From Octopus vulgaris (lineage: Eukaryota): a DNA stretch of 64,000 nt. A program made the position numbers and the translations under genes. Of the stretch, positions 54,085 through 64,000 are shown piece after piece. Numbering within the stretch: position 1 is the stretch's first letter; each line of letters opens with the position of its first letter. The notes beneath the pieces were generated by a model. That model ran no database searches and was not told the DNA's origin. It worked only from the letters and a program-made list of their open reading frames with translations. The DNA lies in NCBI GenBank assembly GCA_951406725.2, contig OX597829.1:35526001-35590000 (forward strand), given 5' to 3'.

Positions 54085-54267
54085 ATACATGTATTTCAAA
54101 GGGCCAGCCATGTCACACTCTGTGCCACGCTGAATCTCCCTGAAAACTACGTTAAGTGTACACGTGTCTGTTTAGTGCTCAGTCACGTACACGCTAATTT
54201 CACGGGCAAGCTGTTCCGTTGATCGTATCAGCTGGGACCCCCGTCGTCGTAACCGACGGAGTGCTCC
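53872..54267 (+). mobile_element. tRNA-derived SINE with internal (TAG)n
   Basis: TGGCTTAGTGG A box, GAGTTCAATTCC B box, TTGGGCAAGACAC core-like motif. Confidence 0.8.
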
Positions 54268-54352
54268 TATACATATATACATTCAACTGCACCGCTGAAA
54301 TCTACTAGTTTTTTTCATTCTCTGTTTCATTAATTTTCTCTATCATTCCTTT

Positions 54353-54384
54353 CTTTTGATGAGCGTAGGCACGAAACGTAAAAA
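54353..54384 (+). ncRNA. Minimal hammerhead-like motif (degenerate)
   Basis: TTT-TTGATGA-GCGTAGGCAC-GAAA-CG-TA-AAAA; downstream flank resembles that of the 51960-51994 element. Confidence 0.4.
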
Positions 54385-54599
54385 ACTTTTTCATTTTTCC
54401 GAGCGTTAAATTAATACAGTTGCTTGTTGTTCATACACCTCTCTTCGTATTTTGTTTGTCTATAAATTTCAACTATATGTGTGTGTGTGTATGTGTGTAT
54501 GTGTGTATATGTATGCATGTATGTATATATATTTATGTGCATATATATACATGTTTATACATATATATATGTATATATATATATGTGTGTATGCGTATG

Positions 54600-54648
<49 letters not shown>

Positions 54649-55299
54649 TACATCAAGCTCAAAACCTGATTGCAATCATAATGTTTAACAATAAGCTCCA
54701 TCGAAGAAGACTGCCACATCCATACCTATTTGGTTTTTTTTATATAACATTTTTTAAATATTCTATTTAATATATATAAATATATTTATAGCTTACTTAT
54801 ACAGGATAGATCATTCTCAGCTCACACCATCGCATATACATAATATGCACATGGCTCTGTACTTATGCAGTTTTATTCATTGTACAACAGTTGCCAAATC
54901 AGAGATGAGCCTCACACACATACATACACACATACACACACACGCATACATACAGACACACGCACGCACACATGCACGCACGCACGCATGCACGCATGCA
55001 CGCACACACGCACGTACACATGTACGCACGCACGCAAATACGTACACATACACACGCTTCCGTTCTCAGAACTTCTCTCAGAAATTTCCCAATACTACAT
55101 TGTCCATTTCTTGCATCGTATCATTGTTCTTGATTCATGCACTTGACCTCCTCTGTCTGAATACCATTGCTTATAGATTTCACTACCGTAATTCAATTTC
55201 AACCAAACAAATAGTAGGTTCTTATATGTTGTCGGCATTCATTTCAACAATATCTTTGCCATGTAATACTCTTTGCTAACTTACGTGGATTTCGGTCTA

Positions 55300-56800
55300 A
55301 CCTAGATCACCCTCACCTCTCATAGCAATACACAAACCACACATTCTATTCTTATCTGAGACACAAATCTCTCCTTCTCTATAACCCATCTCTACTCCTC
55401 AAGCCATAATCAATAATTCAGATTAACTTCGAAAGGTCGTGACTGACCATATGTAGAATTCTCTTTCCTCTCCATTCACTTCTTTCACCTTGAATTCAAG
55501 GACAAAGGCATATTTAATCTGGCTCTAAGTCTCTTTTCACTATTCCGCCAAATTATCTAACGTATCTCAAATTCCTCCAACCACCATCAACTATTCAACT
55601 ATCTCACTTCCTGTATTGAAAACATCGTCTGTCATACTTCACCTCACTGAACTAATAATGCCCGGTGCATTAATGTACACTACTTTTGTGGTATCCTTAT
55701 TCTGCATTATTGTTACAGAGTATGAATTTTTTGCCATCTTTTAACTAACTGTACCATTGAGTAAACATTGTATTTCTGATAAATGCAAGAAAACACTAAT
55801 ACTGTTCTAAATATTAAACATCGTTCGAATTGGTGTTCTTCAAAACTTAACTTTTATCCGACAATCACTGACTCTGTACTATTGAAATTGTCATATCACG
55901 GCTTAATGAAGCCAAAACGACGCACAAATTCTTACGACACACCACACTTTCATTCTAATCATACTACTGCTTACGTTAGCTAACACACCATTTGAGATAG
56001 CTAAGTGAGTGATCTAAACCATTTGCTTAGGACACTCATTCATATGTCTAACATAACCAGAGCCAATAACTCTCCAAACTAATACAAGTAAATGTTTACT
56101 ACCTACAAACCTTGAAGTAGGTTACACACCACTATTAACTGGGGCGGGGGCGCTTTAACTACGACTGTAATTTCTGAAATACTGCAATGTAAAAAGGTAA
56201 CAGATGTCTTCATAGATTACACATCTAAGATTTTCTCACCTCCCAGTTTGCAGGAAAGCCTTCACACCAAGAGAGTTAATACAAATTCTGATACCATTTC
56301 GCAATCATGATAGAACTGTAAGCAGCAGTACTATTAAAACTTCCACATTCTTCATTCTCTTCGCCAACAATCCTTCACACATGATCTCAAAAAACTCTTT
56401 TCATACTCATCTTATATGCCTTGCTTCAAAGTAGCTACCACATACACGAGACTGATGCGTGTAGAAACTCCTCTTATAATTCCATGAAAACTTTGCAACC
56501 ACTCTGGATGGCACTTCTTTCATCATATTCAACATTTTCTGCGCAGAGTAAGATCCTACTTTAATCAGTTGCTACAATATCCCCCTCTTTCCTCTCTCAC
56601 CTTCCCATCTCATAAAACGACCTTAAATTTTGAAAGCACATCACAAAGTATCCTTTCCCAAATTTTTTAAACATCTCAACTGAGTTAAAAACGTAGTTGT
56701 CAACAATCATTTCCATCATGAACGTAATTCTCGTTCCTCGCTCATTAGGGAGTGAGACATGTACTGTTGATGGCATACACAGAATCAAATCTGTTCTCGG
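55300..56800 (-). mobile_element. Old, very degenerate LINE (RTE-like) RT region
   Basis: Faint minus-strand motifs (KKFGKG..C..N.R and a DLEKAYD-like segment) in the expected order; no long frame. Confidence 0.4.
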
Positions 56801-57902
56801 GCGTAGCTCACCAGTAATGTCTTTACCTTGAGATCATCGGAGAAAGTAATCTTGTTACATTTGATAGCAAAACATTAAAAAAATGTCTGGCGTCTGATTT
56901 ATGTGTTGTGTAGTGCGTTGTGTAAAAGGTTGTATAGTGCGTTCTGTAAACTATATGATGCGTATGCATTCGGTAGAATACAATGTATAATATATGATGT
57001 GTAATATATGTCTTGCTGCATATGAAGTAAATCATATATCGGGTCTACGTTATATAGCTGCAATATATTACGATCTTATTACCTCTATTTCTTCAATATT
57101 TTTAAATTCAGTTTTACAAAGACATATATTGTTACTAAGTATTGAAAATATGATTGGAGTTTTAATTATGAGCTTGCATTTCACTTCTCTCTCTTTTCTT
57201 CTTTTATTCTATCTACGTATTTCTGTTATTGATTAGATGAAAAATGCATTTTCTGTGCTTAAGATGATGAACACTTAGCTTTTCTGAGGGGATGATTTGG
57301 ACACAGACCTTAAAACCAATCAATAGACTGTTCATTCAACTAGTCTGATTACTTGAAAATGGTTAACTATATTATCTAGCTATATAGTGTAGAATATTGA
57401 TAAGTATTTTTATCTGGGAACTGCATACTATATTACACGACATTTTGGTATTAATTGTAGCTGAGCAGACTGAATTTCCAGTCAGGTGCCTTGGCTATGG
57501 TCATTGTGCAATGATCTATAGACCTCATTTACTGACAGCTAGGTGCTGTACTGCAGACAGTTGACCCTAAAACAATATTGTGAAATATATTGAATTGTAC
57601 TATCTGCTTTATGCTAGGTTGAGGGGACTGTTGACAGTTAAGCGTCATGGCACGTAGAGCAACAAAAAGCTAGACATTATGGACAAAGTTAAACGCGTTG
57701 TCAACATATGTCTCACTCGACTAGTCCCTATATTGGATGTGAAGGCGGCGAGCTGGCAGAAACGTTAGCACGCCGGGCGAAATGCGTAGCCATATTTCGT
57801 CTGTCGTTACGTTCCAAGTTTAAATTCCGCCGAGGTCGACTTTGCCTTTCATCCTTTCGGGGTCGATAAATTAAGTACCAGTTTCGCACTGGGGTCGATG
57901 TA

Positions 57903-59177
57903 CGAGGGGCGTTCAATAAGTAATGCCCCTGACCCACTTGCAGTTGTTTGATCTAGCTGAAATTTTGCATGTGCACTTATTTATACCTCTGTAGATTAAG
58001 TGGCGAATTACAGCTCTGAACTAATTGTGGTTTCTGATTTACAGGTGTTTGAACTGAGTGAAGTGTGAAATGGAGCCTGTTGAGTGTCGAGCAGTGATCT
58101 GGTTTTTGTATTTGAAGGGACGCACACCACGGGAGACTTTTGATGAAATGAATGTAACGTAACTTATGGTGATGATGCCCCATCATATGACCTTGTAAAA
58201 CGCTAGCATTGTGAATTCAAACATGGTCGGAACTCTGTGGAAACAGCTCCCAGATCTGGTCGCCCCCTTCTGCCGTTGATGAGACGTCTGTCCGTCAAGT
58301 TGAGGCTGCCATTTTGGAAGGTCAACGCATAACTATTCGCCAAATAGCCCATGAAGTCAAGATTAGTACCGGGTCTGTGGAAACTATCATTCATGACCAT
58401 TTGCATATGCAAAAGGTGTCTGCCAGATGGATTTCCAGGTTGCTTACACCTTTCCAGAAGCAAGAACGCGTTGAGTGCTCAAGGATGAATTTGGAGATGT
58501 GCCAAGAAGATGAGTCAAAATTTTTCAAAAGACTGATTACACAGGATGAAACCTGGGTCCATCACGATGATCCAGAGATCAAAGCCCAGACAATGCAGTG
58601 AAAACACCGTGACTCACCTCCTCCAAAGAAGGCAAGGGTGCAGCCCTCCGCTGACAAGGTCATGCTCACAGTCTTCTGGGACCAGGACGGAGTAGTGATG
58701 ACAGATTTCCTGGCAAAGGGTACCACAATTACAGGAGCCTATTATGCTTCACTTTTGAGGAAATTAAGAGAAGCTATCAAAATCAAGAGGCGGGGCAAGA
58801 TCAGCAAAGGTATCCTCCTCCTGCAGGAGAACGCTCCGGTCCACAACTCGCGTGTCGCCAGATCAGAAGCACAGGCGTGCAGCTATGAACTCCTCCCCTT
58901 GCACCCTCTGATTTTCACCTCTTCCCAGCCATGAAGTTGATTTTGAAAGGAAAGCGTTTCCCAGATGATGCAGCCTTGATTTCTGAAGTCACGTCGTGGT
59001 TGGAGGACCAATCTGGGGTCTTCTACAAAAACGGTCTCCAGAGCTGTATCAAACGATGGGAGAAATGCATAACTCTGGGCAGTTCCTATGTAGGAAAAGA
59101 CTAATAACTGCGCCAAGTGTCGTTGCTCTACTGCTATGGGAAGTGGGTCAGAGGCATTACTTATTGAACGCCCCTCG
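57903..59177 (+). mobile_element. Full-length mariner transposon (1275 bp), inactivated
   Basis: TA TSDs at 57901-57902 and 59178-59179; ~37-bp TIRs CGAGGGGCGTTCAATAAGTAATGCC(C/T)CTGACCCACTT. Confidence 0.95.
58070..59104 (+). pseudogene. Mariner transposase pseudogene
   Basis: MEPVECRAVI start, SARWISRLL, ITQDETWV, KVMLTVFWD, LLQENAPVH; stops, frameshifts and loss of the YSPDL region. Confidence 0.9.
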
Positions 59178-59892
59178 TAATCGACTCAATCCCTTTGTCT
59201 GTCCTTGTTTGTACCCTCTATGTTTAGCCCCTTGTGGGTAGTAAAGAAATATATATTGGATGTGAAGAAAAAGTACTACTAACGGTAGCATGCAGTGGTA
59301 TTTGTTTATACCTATGCTATTAGGTTGTTAACAGTTATGTGCCATTATAATGGACATGACTAAGTAAGCTGTACTATTATGTGGGACCTGTTTGCAGCCA
59401 TGTATATTGAATCGTTGAGAGCTAAGAACCATGACTACAGAGATGACGAGTGTCAGAGAGAAGTTATTAAACAACTGACACTTCACATTGTTTCCCAGTA
59501 CCTCGTATCACTGGTGATTGTGGTTTCAGTAGCTAATAAATATAGATCTAAGATCACACAGGTTTTACACGTCATGGGATCATTAAAAACCTTACTTATT
59601 GTTTTGGCAATACCGAGAAAATCTGGATCCTATTTAATATCTCTTTGACAAGAAAAACGAAATTATTTGTCTTGTCGTTCATCCTCATATGTAATAATAG
59701 AAATTTGAATGAAGTAAAAGTATTTACATAATACATAAGCTCTCTCAAAATAACTAATAAACATTATTATATCTATACAGTTTTAACGCCTTAGCATTGA
59801 TTCATACACGTATGAATGACTTGGGCTGAGATTCCTACTAACGGAAATACAGCTTCAATGAAATACATTTGTCTAAAAATAAAAGCAAATAA

Positions 59893-59959
<67 letters not shown>

Positions 59960-60080
59960 TTAGAGATAAAACCACTATTAGGCAAATCATACAATGAAAA
60001 ACTTAAGCCAATACATAAGATTAATTAATTTATATTATTTAAATATATATCAAAATTATTAAAAAAGATAATTAATATAA

Positions 60081-60144
60081 CACTACGATTGTTTTATGGC
60101 TGTTCAATTCTTAAAATTTTCGAGTTACAGTCATTCTTCAGGTG
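60081..60144 (-). ncRNA. Decayed type I hammerhead
   Basis: CAC-CTGAAGA-ATGACTGT...ACAGCCAT-AAAA-CAATCG-TA-GTG (GAAA mutated); stem II base resembles the 14995 motif. Confidence 0.55.
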
Positions 60145-60414
60145 GTTTAAATATCTAAAATATAATCAATATTTTTAATATATAAATAATATATATAATA
60201 TAATATTTTTACTTATAATAAACTCTATTATCAAATATGATTATATCCAAATCGACTATAATGTTAAATATACCGGAGTAAGCACGTAAATGTGAAGCAA
60301 GGTGGAAAAAAGAATACTAGGATACCAGAGGTAGAGTAATACGCTTTATTTAAAAGCAGCAGAAATATGACAAAAACTGTTCCATTCGATGGATAGTTTT
60401 GTTAGAATTCTAAC

Positions 60415-60460
60415 AAAACTGTCCGACGAACGGGAACGTGAAACTCTGAGTAACAGTTTT
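60415..60460 (+). ncRNA. Compact type I hammerhead ribozyme (U4C core)
   Basis: AAAACTGT-CCGACGA-ACG-GGAA-CGT-GAAA-CTCTGAG-TA-ACAGTTTT: 8-bp stem I, GNRA-capped stem II, GUA triplet. Confidence 0.8.
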
Positions 60461-60519
60461 TGTGATATTTCTGCTGCTTTTGAATAAAGTATATATATAT
60501 ATATGTGTGTGTGTGTATA

Positions 60520-60597
<78 letters not shown>

Positions 60598-60599
<2 letters not shown>

Positions 60600-60761
60600 C
60601 GTAGGAGTGGCTGTGTGTTAAGTAGCTTGCTTACCAATCACATGGTTCCGGGATCAGTCCCACTGCGTGGTACCTTGGGCGAGTGTTTTCTATTATCGCC
60701 TGGGCCCAACACGAAAGCCTTGTGAATGGATTTGGTAGACGGAAACTGAAAGAAGCCCGTC

Positions 60762-60762
<1 letters not shown>
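60598..60762 (+). mobile_element. SINE head between (TA)n arrays
   Basis: Aligns to 49786-49948. Confidence 0.8.
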
Positions 60763-60822
<60 letters not shown>

Positions 60823-60825
<3 letters not shown>

Positions 60826-61904
60826 GGGTAGGACAAGATAATGGAAACACCTTAAAATTTCAAACAGAAGTTTAAATTGTTTCGAAAGGAATTTTTGTCC
60901 ATTCTTCAGCTACAACAGTCTTCAGTTTTGTAGTGATGGTCGAGGATATCGACTCCTTAATTGTTTTTCTCAAATGCACCATAAGTTTTCAATAATATTG
61001 AGATCTGGCGACTGTGGTGGCCAGATAAGATGCTCAACTATAAGATGAATTTGGTTAGATAAAATGCTTAAATAGTCTTGACTGTTAATTCTTCCATGAA
61101 GGGAAAACATTGGACCGGCGGATTTCTAAGATAGCCCCCAGATCATCACAGATCCTTCTCCATGTTTAACAGTTGGAAGAAGGCAGTCTGGATCAAATGT
61201 TTCTTTTGGCTGTGTCCACACGTATACTCGACCGGTAGTCGAAAATAAGGTAAAGGATGATTTGCTCGAGAAAATAACATTTTCCCACTGCTCTATGGAC
61301 CAATTCTGTAGGTTTTAATTCCACTCTAAAGGCTTTGCAACGTTTGTTTTTTAAAGTAGTGGTTTTCTGATTGTAGCCCTCCCATGAAATCCGGCTTTGT
61401 GCAGCTTCCGGCGAACAGTTTTTGTTGAAACTGGGTTCTCGAGGTGGTCATTAAGCTCTGCAGTAATTTTGGGACCTGTACTTTTGTGATCCTTTCTAAC
61501 AATTCGCGTAAGAGTCCAACGGTCCCTATCTAAACGCTTTGGCTTTCTTCCGGAGTTTGCTTCGACGAGATTTTCCCTCTCTCTCAAAGGCTGTCATTAT
61601 TTTCGAGAGAGTACTTCTTGATACACCAAACATTTCGGCTATTTTCGTTACGCTAACGCCTGCCATACGAGCACCAACAATTTGACCTCATTGAAAGTCC
61701 GATAGATCTATGATTTTTAATGAATTTTAATTACCTTTTTCTGATGATATCTGAAAAGAAACAGCAATTTTAGCAAAACATATTAAGCAACACTAATAAT
61801 AAATAAAAAAAAACATATAAATAAACAAGCTTTTGACGGTTTTATAGATATTTTCAAAATTATGATGCTATAATGCAAGGTGATTCCATTATTTTGTCCA
61901 ACCC

Positions 61905-61907
<3 letters not shown>
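60823..61907 (-). mobile_element. Tc1-like transposon, internally deleted, inserted in (TA)n
   Basis: TIRs CAGGGGTAGGACAAGATAATGGAAACACC / GGTGATTCCATTATTTTGTCCAACCCCTG; minus-strand GQIVGARMAG, SGRKPK, VSTKTVRRKLH..RKPLL, TVKHG..SVMIWG, WPPQSPDLNIIE. Confidence 0.9.
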
Positions 61908-61963
<56 letters not shown>

Positions 61964-62087
61964 TAAAAGGATTGACAGGTGGATTAATAGATATATAGAT
62001 AAATTGTTGGGTATGTAGATGGAAGGCTAGATTGTTTACTCTACATGTGGCGTGTGACTTGGGGGTGAGACTTGTTGCAGGATGTTA

Positions 62088-62951
62088 CGAGGAGGTACCC
62101 CAAAATAACCGGAATCATTCGCTGTGGAACAAGGCGGCTGTAGTTTAGGCTTCAACTGCTAGAAGCCACTTGATGCTACCCCCAAGACATCAGTATGCCG
62201 ACCGGCGTCGTCGAGTGAAGTCTTAGTGTCACGTGGTGCTTCTTTGTTTGCAGTACTTCTCTCCTGTTCATCGATTTTGCTATGGCTGGAATGAGGGAGC
62301 AACTTGCTTCTGTAAAATTCTGTTTTCTGCCGGGGAAACAGTTGTCATACTTCAAATACCTTTCAAGGACGCTGCTTCGAGCAAAACACAAATTTACAAG
62401 TGGTTTTTACGTTTTAGGAATGGTCAAGTGCGTCCGTCAACCTCCTGAACGAATGAAGACATCATGAAAATTTATAAACTGATCTTCGACGACCATCACC
62501 GAACAAGTGACGAACTTATTGATATGACTGGTGTATCCAGGAGCTTTAACCAACAAATTTTGAGCGGGGAATTGTGAATGAAAAGAGGTTGCAGCAAACT
62601 TTGTGCCTAGCTTGCTCACGGAAGATCAAAAGCAGTCACGACAGAATACGTATAGTGAACTGAAAAAAACAGTTGGAAGTTGATCCGGACCTTCTTTCGA
62701 AGGTCATCGCTGGTGTCGAAAGCTGGAGCTACGGAATTTGCAGATGTGGAAAAGGTGAAGAAAAAAACGAAGGTATTAAAAGGCATCACTTCGCAAGGGA
62801 TCCAGCACTACTTCAAATAGCGAAAAATGCGTCTTTACTGATGCATTGCTTCAAACAGAGAATACTTTGAAGGCCATAAAAGTGTAAATTTCTAAAATTA
62901 AGTGAATAAAATAATATTGAAAAGTTCTGGCTTCTTTTGTGAAAGCTTTCG
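62088..62951 (+). mobile_element. Mariner remnant, internally deleted
   Basis: TA-CGAGG terminus; EQLASVKFCFLPGK, FVPSLLTEDQK, DPDLLSKVIAGVESW. Confidence 0.75.
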
Positions 62952-63299
62952 ACTGAGCGTTTTAAGATTATGGTTAGTGTTTTGCTCTTTCACGATTAAA
63001 GATCTTGGAAGCAGTAGACGTGTTTCCACGCTTCCAGCTCATTACGGTGGTTCAGGTTAGGAGCCTGCTTGTCAATATAGTGTGTCTGATATTTTGAGGC
63101 TAAATTCCTCTCTTCCTCTTCCTAGTATGCGTATGGAGAAATCCCCATCTCAGTGTTGGGGTGCTGGAATACAGCGTTGGGTGGAGTGACCTTGTATAGA
63201 TTTGCCTTCAACTTAAGGTGAAGGTGTCTCCTGGTTAATTCTATGTATGCCGCCCGCACGAGTACGTCATCAGTTACATCCCAACTCTATCAAAGAGGA

Positions 63300-64000
63300 G
63301 AGGAATATTACGGCACTGAATCTAGAGGGTATATATATGGAAGAGATACCTTGACGATTGTTTCATTATCTAGACAAATTCTTCAGATACTCTGGAAGAA
63401 TTTAATATATTTCTGAACAATCTACACCCAACTCTCCAATTTATAATGATGAGTAGTACCAAATTACCATTTCAAGACATAATGGTAATTAAAAGTGGCA
63501 ATACCAGAACTTTAAATCGTGCTATCCAACACATACAAAACGCAGTATCCCATACTGCCTAGCTAGAAAAATTTGTACCATAGTGGGGAGATGTAAATAC
63601 CAGAAACAAACGCCTAACAAAACTCAATGAATTTATACTCAAACAAATATATCTAAGTCTACTTTTAGAAAATGTATACAGCGTTTTATAGAAATACCCA
63701 TAAATGACTTAGGGTAACCCCAAAAGGAGGAAAACAAGAACAGGTCATACCATTTATAGTGGCACACAATCCGTGTCACCAAAATATCTTTAGCATTGTC
63801 AAAGCAAACTTGCCGATAGTTGCTTCAAGCAATGAATTAAAGGATATAATCACGGATCGGGCTATGATTCTAAATAAAAGACAGCTGAAGAACTTGAAAC
63901 AATAATTAACAAAGGCAAAGTTTGACCTAAGCAACAATGACAATTCATTCATTGTATCTAAATGCAATGATAATCGATGTGATACATATCAGTTCATACA
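63300..64000 (+). mobile_element. Penelope-like RT C-terminal/thumb region, degenerate, running off the right edge
   Basis: WKRYLDDCFII, LNNLHPTLQF, FKSCYPTHTKRSIPYCLARKICTIV, IPFIVAHNP, KCNDNRC. Confidence 0.8.

Larger units (their letters stand above)
57745..59251 (+). mobile_element. tRNA-derived SINE split by a mariner insertion
   Basis: TSD TATATTGGATGTGAAG at 57729-57744 and 59252-59267; SINE sequence resumes exactly after the mariner. Confidence 0.9.

Overview
AT-rich eukaryotic (metazoan) non-genic or intronic DNA. The dense (TA)n/(TATG)n/(TAA)n microsatellites and the SINE families resemble an octopod cephalopod genome; this is inferred from repeat recall, not from a search. I found no intact host gene. 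Most ORFs in the supplied track are microsatellite artefacts or antisense shadows of transposons. The window is a transposon graveyard: two Tx1/L1-like LINEs, five R4/Dong-like LINE pieces, RTE-like LINEs, a Gypsy LTR element, three Penelope-like (PLE) coding fragments, several mariner/Tc1 and hAT elements, MITEs and many tRNA-derived SINEs. The most striking unannotated signal is about 16 type I hammerhead ribozyme (HHR) motifs from roughly 9 sequence families, mostly in short elements embedded in (TA)n arrays. Five of these elements are head-to-head palindromes. Most motifs have a minimal palindromic stem III, several have a long structured stem II insertion, and two core variants recur (a G3:C8 swap and U4C). 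All folds were assigned by eye; activity is untested.
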